Source of the DNA: Planctomycetota bacterium
GTDB lineage: Bacteria > Planctomycetota > GCA-002687715 > DRQF01
Assembly (NCBI GenBank): GCA_027001995.1
Contig: JALTLO010000056.1
Span: forward strand, 1-20,691
DNA: 20,691 bases
Direction of reading: 5' to 3'
Below the pieces are notes generated by a model. That model searched no databases. It was not told where the DNA came from and saw only the letters and a list, made by a program, of their open reading frames with translations. Positions 1 through 7,727 of the stretch are shown one piece after another. Both the position numbers and the translations under genes were made by a program. Numbering within the stretch: the stretch's first letter is position 1; each line of letters starts with the position of its first letter.

Positions 1-281
1 TGGGGGAGGCGCAGTTTGAGCTGGTGACCACCGTGCCTCTTGGCATTGGTGCCATGGTCTTTCCTCCTTGCCCTCTGCTGCCTTTCATTCCTGACCTTTT
101 TACTTTGACCAATAACTTTGGCGGCTCCTGCGCCCAAGTCATTGGCTCCACTCTCACTCCTTGGGTCTCTGCACCTTTTCCTCCCGTTGGTTTTCCTGTG
201 ACCCTCACCTTCCAAGGGATCATCGAAGAATCCCCCGGGGTTTACGTGCCCACCAACGCTGTGATTTACAAAGCTGAGTGA
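1..281 (+). CDS. 3' end of a gene entering from the left; C-terminal domain identical in protein sequence to that of 2094..3890
   Basis: The frame is open from position 3 (GEAQFELVTTVPLGIG...TFQGIIEESPGVYVPTNAVIYKAE) to TGA at 279-281, followed by TAG. The GTG at 24 is an internal codon, not the real start. Confidence 0.9.
   Translation, partial: GEAQFELVTTVPLGIGAMVFPPCPLLPFIPDLFTLTNNFGGSCAQVIGSTLTPWVSAPFPPVGFPVTLTFQGIIEESPGVYVPTNAVIYKAE
1..281 (+). repeat. Direct repeat copy 1 (partner 3610..3890); truncated by the window edge
   Basis: Base-by-base comparison at offset 3609 gives 278/281 identity. Differences are at 128/3737 (C/T), 167/3776 (C/T) and 280/3889 (TGA/TAA). Identity ends at the stop codon. 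Confidence 0.97.
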
Positions 282-631
282 TAGGTGCCAAGGGGCCTGG
301 GGGTTCGAGATCGATGTTGTTTTTTTCTTGTGAATTACATTCTTTCTCTTGACATAGGGGGGAAATACACGGCTTTGGAAAGGTACAGGGGGGACGTGGT
401 TATATGACTCTTCAGTGAGAAGAAGATCATTGTCTGACTTTGCAGCGTAGCTTGGTTGGGTGTTCTTCAAAGACTTGGCGTTCTTGAGAAATGGCGGCTA
501 AGCGGAAATGTGACTGGTCCTTTGGGCCAAATGTGTCCCATTTCGTTTGCGGATAGGTTGCGCGAATTGAGGTCGCATGGGACTTCGCCGTCAGGCAGGA
601 AACGCCAAATAATCTGAAGGGAAGTTTGGCG

Positions 632-2083
632 ATGAGAGAGTTTAAGTTTATTGTTTTGTTGTTCGTGCTCCTAAGCACGCACGTTGTTGCACAGCAGTTA
701 CCGAGCTGTCCGCCGCAGGCGGATGATCGTTATAACGTTGGACCTTGTACAAATCTCGTCCCAAGTCCCGCGTTCTTGACGCCAACTCTTGGCGAGCAAG
801 TTGGACTTACGATGGCTGCCCAATGGGCCGCGATTTCAGATTGCGATACCATCGATGAAGTCCAGGAGGAATTGGTCATCAACATCACTATGAATACTGT
901 GTTGCCGCCGGTTTCTACTGCTATGGGAGTTCCCGGGCAGCTGGCTTGTGATGATGTCCTTTTTAGGATCACAGGGCAGACTTCCTCTGGTTCGTTTGTG
1001 TTCAACATTGGCACCGATGTTTCGGCGACGATGATGAATACCAACCGTTCGCGTTGGATCTTGGGCAAGTACTCAAGAACTTGGTTGGCTAACGATGCAA
1101 ACGGTGTTCCGCTACAATTTGTTCGCTACCTCCTGATGGGCGACATGGAGATTGCAACCCCAACGCCTGCTTCGCCTCTCGTTCCTGATTGTATGTCGAT
1201 CGGGACGCCGGATTTCAGGAATCGGGCTGCGATGCATGGATACATTGACATTAGTTGTTCTAACGGCTCTGTCGAGCCTCCCGTGGATCCGGTGCTTCAA
1301 GCGAGTCTCGTTCTCACCCACTATGACGGTTGCCATAGCCATCTGGATACTCCCATCAACCCTCGAGCGCTTGTGAATGGCAATCCGGCAAAACATGTGG
1401 GGACGACCTATCATTTGGTTGCGCCGATAGGATTCGATTTTACCGTGCCTCTTTTGAACCCGGTGATTCCACTTAATATTGTCAACAGTCCCTTTGACGC
1501 GGTGCGCAGCACCGTTTCGCGGGTTCTTGGACCCGTCATGAACTATGGAATGACGTTCACAAGAATTGGCCCACAGTGTTTCTACGAAACTAGCCATACA
1601 GTCAATGCGACTACAACATCGCAGGATTGCGTCTGCACGGCGATCACAGACGTCAATCGTTATCATCATCAAGTGATCAGTGGAAATTTGAATTGCAACG
1701 TGGCGTCTCTGTGGCAGTCTACTTTTCTTGTGCCAGAAATCCCGACAGGATTCTTTCAATATCACCTCGGACAGTGGACTCCGAGCGCGAGGTTCGATGT
1801 GAGGTCTGTCCATGCATTCCCTGTTTTGGGGACGATCTCCTACCTGGACCAGAACGACCCATCACCGATGGAAACGATACACATCGTTTTTGGAATCAAT
1901 ACTTACTATGCCGAAGTCCCAACGCTCTTCGACCCAGATAGGAACCTCCCTGATCTTTTCAACACACCGGGTGTCGTCCGGACGGACACGCTCTTGGATT
2001 TCGCAAATTCCGTCGGACCGGAAGATCGAAACATGGTTGGTTTTCCAGCCTATGCAAATATTCTCTGGATGATTTCACGGTAG
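632..2083 (+). CDS. Exported Cys/His-rich hypothetical protein (about 483 aa)
   Basis: Long ORF. ATG 632 is preferred over TTG 626 because GAAGGGA lies upstream. Sec-type signal peptide MREFKFIVLLFVLLSTHVVA|QQ, 11 Cys, His clusters (THYDGCHSH, KHVGTTYH). No domain recognised. Confidence 0.85.
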   Translation: MREFKFIVLLFVLLSTHVVAQQLPSCPPQADDRYNVGPCTNLVPSPAFLTPTLGEQVGLTMAAQWAAISDCDTIDEVQEELVINITMNTVLPPVSTAMGVPGQLACDDVLFRITGQTSSGSFVFNIGTDVSATMMNTNRSRWILGKYSRTWLANDANGVPLQFVRYLLMGDMEIATPTPASPLVPDCMSIGTPDFRNRAAMHGYIDISCSNGSVEPPVDPVLQASLVLTHYDGCHSHLDTPINPRALVNGNPAKHVGTTYHLVAPIGFDFTVPLLNPVIPLNIVNSPFDAVRSTVSRVLGPVMNYGMTFTRIGPQCFYETSHTVNATTTSQDCVCTAITDVNRYHHQVISGNLNCNVASLWQSTFLVPEIPTGFFQYHLGQWTPSARFDVRSVHAFPVLGTISYLDQNDPSPMETIHIVFGINTYYAEVPTLFDPDRNLPDLFNTPGVVRTDTLLDFANSVGPEDRNMVGFPAYANILWMISR

Positions 2084-2093
2084 GGGGGAAACA

Positions 2094-3890
2094 ATGAGAT
2101 TCTTGATGTTTTGTCTTCTTTGTCTGCTCGGGTTTAGCGCCATGCTTTCCTCTCAAGCGACGCTCAATGTGCCAAGTGCTACCTATCCGACGATTCAGTT
2201 GGCGATCGATGCGGCCCAAACGGGGGATTTGGTTTTGGTGGCCGCGGGGACTTACGTTGAGAATCTCGATATTCCTCAAGTTGATTTTCGTTTGGTGGGG
2301 GCTGGTGCTGGGAGCTCGATTATTGATGGTAATGCCGCGGGCGCATGTATCAGCTTTCGCGCTCCCGTGTCGAATGCCATGGTGGTTGCTGGTTTCACAC
2401 TGACGAATGGAATCGGTGAGTTGGCTTTTCAAGGGACGACCCCAGTGCCCTCTGGAGGTGGTATTTTTATTCGGAATCCTCAGTTCAGTGTGGGGGTCCC
2501 GATCTCGCCAACCATCAGGAACTGCGAACTGACTTTGAACAACAGCTTTCAAGGTGGGGCTGTCTATATGGAGTTTGGGGGCGACGCTCGATTCAGAAAT
2601 TGTCATTTCCGTGACAACGTCGGTGGCGACAATGATGCGATTTTCGCGAGATTTGGCGGGTCAGTGACTCTTGAAGATTGTGTGGTGGAAAATCATCTTT
2701 CGTCTGTGCACGCGACAATTCGCCTTGATACTTGTCGCGGGAGTTTTGTGAGGTGCCAATTCGAAAACAATGTTACCAATACTGCGAGTGTCCTTTACTC
2801 CAGCAATGCCCCGGGGCCGTCGTTTGGACCGTATATAGAGTTGCGGCATTGCCGATTCATGGGGAATGGCACTTCGACTGGGTTCGGTTCCGCGATGATC
2901 TATGCTGAGGCTACTACGGCCACAGTCATCGACAACTGCCTTTTTGCGGGGAATTTTGGATTTGGGGTGACCCTTATATTTCCAACGACCCTGGCTACAC
3001 CCAGCGGGCTTTCAATTCGAAACTGCACAATCGCAAACAACTCGTTTTCGTCGAATGCGCTCGCGGTGATTCAAGGCGCCCCCACTTTTGAGAACAGTCT
3101 GGTCTATGGCAACTCCATCGTAGGCAGTGGTGTTCCTCTGAATCCCGTTGTGCAGTTTGGTGGTGGATTCAATATCTTCGGCAGTGTCAACTCGATCATC
3201 GAAACCCCAGGCAATGCACCCACCTTAGTCGGCCCAACCTTCATCGACCCATTGAACGGTGACTACCACTTACAACCCGGTTCCGTCGGTGTCGACGGCG
3301 GTACTTGGGCGGGGCTTTCCCCAGCTCCTGGGTTGGCTGATGATGCGGTTGATTTGGATGGGAATCCTCGGGTGCGGGGAAGTGCGGTGGATATGGGGTG
3401 CTACGAAGCTCAGCACATTGCTTATCACCCAGCCGTTGCAGGACGAGTGGGGGAAACTTCTGGTGGGCCCTATGACATTTTGGAAGTGAATGGGTCAAGT
3501 GGTGACATGTTTCGCACGGTATCGGTGCCCTTGGGCACAGCTTCCACTGTGGGCATGACCCAACCCATGAGTGCAGCCGGGCCAAGTAATTTCGCCATCT
3601 TTGGCATGGTGGGGGAGGCGCAGTTTGAGCTGGTGACCACCGTGCCTCTTGGCATTGGTGCCATGGTCTTTCCTCCTTGCCCTCTGCTGCCTTTCATTCC
3701 TGACCTTTTTACTTTGACCAATAACTTTGGCGGCTCTTGCGCCCAAGTCATTGGCTCCACTCTCACTCCTTGGGTTTCTGCACCTTTTCCTCCCGTTGGT
3801 TTTCCTGTGACCCTCACCTTCCAAGGGATCATCGAAGAATCCCCCGGGGTTTACGTGCCCACCAACGCTGTGATTTACAAAGCTGAGTAA
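2094..3890 (+). CDS. Exported right-handed parallel beta-helix (pectin-lyase-like) protein with choice-of-anchor Q-like motif and conserved C-terminal domain
   Basis: Signal peptide. N-terminal TIQLAIDAAQTGDLVLVAAGTYVE cap, repeated 'NC.F..N' and GGGI/GGAV beta-helix rungs, F.DP..GDYHL..GS..VDGG and DLDGNPRVRGSAVDMGCYE motifs. GGGGGA RBS upstream. Confidence 0.88.
   Translation: MRFLMFCLLCLLGFSAMLSSQATLNVPSATYPTIQLAIDAAQTGDLVLVAAGTYVENLDIPQVDFRLVGAGAGSSIIDGNAAGACISFRAPVSNAMVVAGFTLTNGIGELAFQGTTPVPSGGGIFIRNPQFSVGVPISPTIRNCELTLNNSFQGGAVYMEFGGDARFRNCHFRDNVGGDNDAIFARFGGSVTLEDCVVENHLSSVHATIRLDTCRGSFVRCQFENNVTNTASVLYSSNAPGPSFGPYIELRHCRFMGNGTSTGFGSAMIYAEATTATVIDNCLFAGNFGFGVTLIFPTTLATPSGLSIRNCTIANNSFSSNALAVIQGAPTFENSLVYGNSIVGSGVPLNPVVQFGGGFNIFGSVNSIIETPGNAPTLVGPTFIDPLNGDYHLQPGSVGVDGGTWAGLSPAPGLADDAVDLDGNPRVRGSAVDMGCYEAQHIAYHPAVAGRVGETSGGPYDILEVNGSSGDMFRTVSVPLGTASTVGMTQPMSAAGPSNFAIFGMVGEAQFELVTTVPLGIGAMVFPPCPLLPFIPDLFTLTNNFGGSCAQVIGSTLTPWVSAPFPPVGFPVTLTFQGIIEESPGVYVPTNAVIYKAE
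3610..3890 (+). repeat. Direct repeat copy 2 (partner 1..281)
   Basis: 278/281 identical to 1..281; all three differences are synonymous. Confidence 0.97.
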
Positions 3891-3891
3891 G

Positions 3892-5832
3892 ATGATGAAC
3901 TTGTCAAAAGCTATGATGTTGATGGTTTTGCTGTTGAGCTCTTGTTGTGCTGGGCTTTTTGCTCAAGCGGCTTTGTCTCCTTTGGTGACAACCTTTGCCG
4001 GGGGCAATGGTCAGGCTGGCAACATGTTTGAAGTGCGTTCTTTGTCAGGCATTGTCATCAACGATTTCGACGTGAATTTTGATGGGCCGGTGGGTGACTT
4101 CGAAGTTTGGACACTGAACATGCCTGGCACTTTTCTGTTTAATCAAAACAGCAATGCCAATTGGACTCTCGTGGCTACGGTGATGAACTTGCCCAGTCAA
4201 GGCAATGGAGCGTCAACACCCTTGGGCCTTAACTTGGCCCTTGATCTGCCTGCGGGTGTGACTCAGTCGTTCTACATCACTGGCATTAATGGCACGAGTT
4301 TGAACTACACCGATGGCAGCGGGTTTGGCAACGTGGCGGCGGCCAATCTTGACCTGGAGATTTTGGAAGGATTTGGCGGGGCGTATTTTGATTTGGTTTT
4401 TGTTCCACGCATTTGGAATGGCAACATTCATTACTCTGATCGTATTTTGACGGATGTGTCTTTGTTTCGCATCATCGCACCGATGAATGACACCCTGGAT
4501 TGCTCGTTGCGCTCGTCCACTGAAACGGTTCGCGTCAGAATGCAGAATGGCGGCTTGAATCCCATCACGGCTGGGACGATTTTGGCGCTTTCATTCACCC
4601 TCGACGGAAACCCTCCTGTGGTTGAGATGGTGAGTGTTCCTACGACTTTGTCGACGGGGGCGACCTTTTCACACACCTTTGCTGCCACCGCTGACCTCTC
4701 GTCCTTGGGGGCTCACAGTTTGGTTTGTGACGTGGTCTTGGCTGGGGATATGAACCCAAGCAATGATAGTCTGAGTCGAACGGTTGGCAGCGGTGGGCAA
4801 CTGCGGGTGAGTTCCTTTCCTTATGCTGAAGACTTTTTCTTGGTTGGGTCGAACGGTGGCATTGATTTGCCTCTCGGTTGGATTCAAGAACCAGGAGACG
4901 CCACTGGGCTTTCTGCTGACTGGAACATGCGCAACGACCTGGCTCAGGTGAACGGGTTGGGCCCGAATGAGGACCGCACTTTTGGTGTTTCTGGTGATGG
5001 CGGGTTCGCTTATGTGCGGGACGATGGCGACCACGCTGTTGTTGCCATGCGGTCGCCTTGTTTTGATCTGAGTTCTTTGACCAATCCTAATTGCCGTTTC
5101 TTCTTGCATTCGAACAATCCCATGAGTGGGGGCTTTGATTCTCTTTTGTCGGTCGATGTGATTAGTCAGCCCTCGGGAGTGGTGACCCCTGATGTGCTTG
5201 GCCCCGAGGGCCCAGGGGGCCCGGGGTGGCGTGTTCGCAAGATTGACCTGAGCGCATTTGCCGGACAGTTAATTCAACTTGTCTTTCGGGTTGATAGCAC
5301 GGGAAGTTTGAATGATTTGCATGATGTGGCCATCGACGATTTCTCGATTGCCGAGGAAGTGGTGAGCTTGGGGCAAGCACCTCAACCTGGATTGGCCGTC
5401 CTTGATCTGAACGATTGCCACACGGGTAACGTAGACCCATTGCAGTTGGGCTTGAAGGGGCCCTACTTCGCCAACGCCAGAGATGGGGGCAGTTTGATCT
5501 TCAAGATTGAAGGAGAGCCAGCACAGCCTATCTTGCTCTTTGTCGGGCCTCTCAACCCGGCGGTAGCCTCCTTTGCGGGAATTGGCAGCATTGATGCTGG
5601 TGGTCCCATCGGCGCTGGGGGTATTCCGACCTCATTGTTGGTGCTGGCAGATGGGGCGTCCTTTGGCGGCCTAAACGCCTTCTTTGTTACCAGCGCGACG
5701 GGTTCTGTTGATCTAGGCTTCTCCGTCCCCGCTCTGCCTCCCGGAGTCCTTGGCACCTTCCAATGTGCCATCCCAACAACGGTCGGCGCTGGCCTTGCCC
5801 TTTCGAATGCCGTGGAAGTGACGGTTCGCTAG
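3892..5832 (+). CDS. Exported multidomain protein: N-terminal beta domain, CARDB/Ig-like domain, MAM-like domain, C-terminal TFQ...SNAV domain
   Basis: Signal peptide ending LFA|Q. GDMNPSND (CARDB-like); MRSPCFDLS, W....IDLSAFAGQ.IQLVFR and DVAIDDFSI (MAM-like). Starts 1 nt after the upstream stop (TAA G ATG ATG), so the start is 3892 or 3895. Confidence 0.85.
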   Translation: MMNLSKAMMLMVLLLSSCCAGLFAQAALSPLVTTFAGGNGQAGNMFEVRSLSGIVINDFDVNFDGPVGDFEVWTLNMPGTFLFNQNSNANWTLVATVMNLPSQGNGASTPLGLNLALDLPAGVTQSFYITGINGTSLNYTDGSGFGNVAAANLDLEILEGFGGAYFDLVFVPRIWNGNIHYSDRILTDVSLFRIIAPMNDTLDCSLRSSTETVRVRMQNGGLNPITAGTILALSFTLDGNPPVVEMVSVPTTLSTGATFSHTFAATADLSSLGAHSLVCDVVLAGDMNPSNDSLSRTVGSGGQLRVSSFPYAEDFFLVGSNGGIDLPLGWIQEPGDATGLSADWNMRNDLAQVNGLGPNEDRTFGVSGDGGFAYVRDDGDHAVVAMRSPCFDLSSLTNPNCRFFLHSNNPMSGGFDSLLSVDVISQPSGVVTPDVLGPEGPGGPGWRVRKIDLSAFAGQLIQLVFRVDSTGSLNDLHDVAIDDFSIAEEVVSLGQAPQPGLAVLDLNDCHTGNVDPLQLGLKGPYFANARDGGSLIFKIEGEPAQPILLFVGPLNPAVASFAGIGSIDAGGPIGAGGIPTSLLVLADGASFGGLNAFFVTSATGSVDLGFSVPALPPGVLGTFQCAIPTTVGAGLALSNAVEVTVR

Positions 5833-5833
5833 G

Positions 5834-6256
5834 TTAGGTGATATCGGCGATGACCCGGTCGAGAGATTCGACTAAGTAAAGTGGTAAGGAGTGAAGCGTA
5901 TAGCTGACTTCTTGACGTTTGCCCTTCGAGACAACTGTTGTTTCTACTTGCTGGACGCTGGGTGGGTTGAGGTCGAAGCGTATGGCATCGTTGCTATCGT
6001 GAGTAGCCATGAACTGGTGGAGGGAACGAAGGGCACCCTTCTTGGCAGCTTTGACCTCGATGGGGAAGATTTTCGTGCCCCTGGCAATGACGAAGTCTAC
6101 CTCTGCATTGATTTCATAAAGTTAAAGCCCTTGGGTGCTTGCGCAATTGCGGACGAGTGTGGACTTCCGCACTTGTCGGGCGCCTCGAATTACCAAGGGT
6201 TTTCGCCGAGAAGCTGTGTTCCAAGCGTGTCGTGAGCCTTCTGCGTAGCGCAACAT
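5834..6256 (-). pseudogene. Internally deleted AAA_14/DUF4143-family ATP-binding protein pseudogene
   Basis: Hand translation gives MLRYAEGSRHAWNTASRRKPLVIRGARQVRKSTLVRNCASTQGL*LYEINAEVDFVIARGTKIFPIEVKAAKKGALRSLHQF...LPLYLVESLDRVIADIT*. The family N-terminal Walker A (normally GARQVGKST, here G>R) is fused in frame to the C-terminal EVDFV...IEVK...LPLY segment. There is a premature TAA at 6122-6124. Confidence 0.9.
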
Positions 6257-6265
6257 AGGCGCATG

Positions 6266-6321
6266 GTGGACGAAAAAGGGGTCAATTTCAAAGGGCAAGT
6301 GGACGAAAAAGGGGTCAATTT
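6266..6321 (-). promoter_or_regulatory. Perfect 23-bp tandem direct repeat (33-bp period) directly upstream of the ATPase pseudogene; probable operator/promoter
   Basis: GTGGACGAAAAAGGGGTCAATTT occurs at 6266-6288 and 6299-6321. On the minus strand it overlaps TTGAAA-N17-CACCAT, which ends 6 nt before ATG 6256. The repeat is certain; the function is inferred. Confidence 0.6.
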
Positions 6322-6422
6322 TCCCTCAACCAAAGCTCCCCTTTCGCGGCGAGAGGCTTTGGCCGATACAGGGGCCGGTGTTTATCTTCAACGGAAGGAC
6401 AGGGGCGCTCTTGGGCGCGGGT

Positions 6423-7610
6423 TTAGTCCTCGCGAGCCTCTTTGCCCTTCCCTTTGACGTTGATCCGGAATCGGTCTTCATCTTGATGTTGTAACCACCA
6501 AGCCCGTGCTTTCACTAGCAACTTGGGGTCATCATTCTTCCAATTCTGACCGCCGATGAGACCAAGGGAATGAGCCGCCCGTTTGACCAGAGAAATTGGG
6601 ACAGGAACATCTTCTGGGCTAACCTCTTTCTTGCCTGTTTCCTCGAGGAATTTCCGTCGAAAATCGTGAAATTGGTTGGGACCAGCCTGAATATAGAGGG
6701 CTTCCAGGTGTTCTGCCGCAGACTGGCTGAATGGCCTCGTATCAACAAGGAATTCTCCTAAGGCCCGAACCGCCGCCACTCGCAATCTGCGCCCCAAGGG
6801 GTCCTTTTCGTTCTGACCCGGCTTCGGTGGCATTAGTTGTCGGCGGACGGAGTCCCAATCTCTGGCACCATGTCCGGTCAAGAAACGCCCAGTTAAGAGC
6901 CGACCGTCGTTCCCACAAATACGCCCGGCAAGTTCACGATGTTGCATTTCAGCATAGATGTCGTTGAGGCCCTTCTTTTGGCTTTCGTTGAGATTCTTGA
7001 GCTTCTCAAGTGACCGTGACTTCTTGTAGAGCTCGATGCCTCGCTCGAAGCTCCTTTTGGCAAACTTGAAGGGGTGATTGTGTTTCATGGCCTCGACACA
7101 CTGACACCCAGAAATTCCATATACACGACTGCCAGCCCCATTGATCATGACGAAATTGCTGAAGATCATGCTGGTCCAGGGATTATCTTTGTATTGATTC
7201 TTCCACCACGAAAGGCAGGGGACATCTTGAGGGTAGCCAACATCCGTTGTGTTGACTAAGGCCGGGATAGTCTCTTGGTTGATTTGCTCCGGGAACCCCG
7301 GAACTTCGAGCAAGCGCGAACGCATGGCGTAATGGCCTAGTCAGGCGTAGGGACTGTTGCAGTCACCAAGGAATCGACAAAGAAACACAACAAAAACAGG
7401 TTTGTCGAGCCGCCTCCCCTTGGCCATGGCGGTCTTGAGATCAGTTTCCCATTTTATGCCGTCGTTCTTGGCTGCTTGGGCAGCCGAACAGAAACCTTCC
7501 TGCTTGAGTTGGGCTTCGTTTTCTTGGGCTTTTAGATGTGCCGCAAAGAACATGAACATCGTGACGACGCCCAGGAAGAAGAACCAATTTGTTTGTTGGA
7601 ATTTTCTCAT
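6423..7610 (-). CDS. Candidate exported selenoprotein with a thioredoxin-like (SelN-like) fold, 395 aa, UGA=Sec at codon 90
   Basis: ORFs 7341..7610 and 6423..7325 are in the same frame, joined by TGA(7343-7341) CTA GGC CAT TAC GCC ATG. The read-through sequence is WETDLKTAMAKGRRLDKPVFVVFLCRFLGDCNSPYA-U-LGHYAMRSRLL, so the UGA falls at the thioredoxin active-site position after the KPVFVVF strand. Signal peptide ...HLKA|QE. Confidence 0.75.
7286..7326 (-). other. Candidate bacterial SECIS hairpin(s) downstream of UGA 7343-7341
   Basis: mRNA +15..+30 is CAUGCG-UUCG-CGCUUG (one U-U mismatch, loop at +21). A second, stronger hairpin at +37..+55 is GUUCCGGG-GUU-CCCGGAGC. Folded by eye only. Confidence 0.45.
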
Positions 7611-7727
7611 TAGGGAAGAATCTCCGAAACCAAAAGAACAGGAGGCTGTTCGCTGTCTTGTCGCGCAACGCGAACGAACGTAAGTATCGAGATGATGATA
7701 CCAAAATTTGGTTTCTTGGGGCTCAGC

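Noticed and set aside
282..335. Intrinsic terminator or tRNA fragment (GGGTTCGA followed by a T-rich tract)
   Set aside because: No convincing GC stem directly before the T-tract and no cloverleaf or acceptor stem.
349..410. Sigma70 promoter from the perfect TTGACA at 349-354
   Set aside because: No -10-like hexamer at 16-18 bp spacing.
427..678. 83-aa minus-strand ORF, or a c-di-GMP-I-like riboswitch (GCAAAC GAAA TGGGAC) in the leader
   Set aside because: The ORF has no recognisable features and overlaps the next gene's start. The riboswitch-like words are on the wrong strand and lack the stem around GAAA. A 7-bp inverted repeat (535-541/577-583) alone is insufficient.
1..3890. Diversity-generating retroelement TR/VR pair
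   Set aside because: Only three differences, all synonymous and not adenine-specific on one strand; no reverse transcriptase in the window.
5891..6235. 114-aa plus-strand ORF
   Set aside because: Antisense shadow of the AAA/DUF4143 pseudogene, whose motifs are on the minus strand.
6266..6321. Mini CRISPR array
   Set aside because: Only two repeats with a 10-nt gap, non-palindromic, and no cas genes.
6263..6457. 64-aa ORF with a repeated VDEKGVNF peptide (possible RiPP precursor)
   Set aside because: The peptide repeat is just the translation of the 33-bp-period DNA repeat. There is no clear RBS, and the ORF overlaps the end of the next gene.
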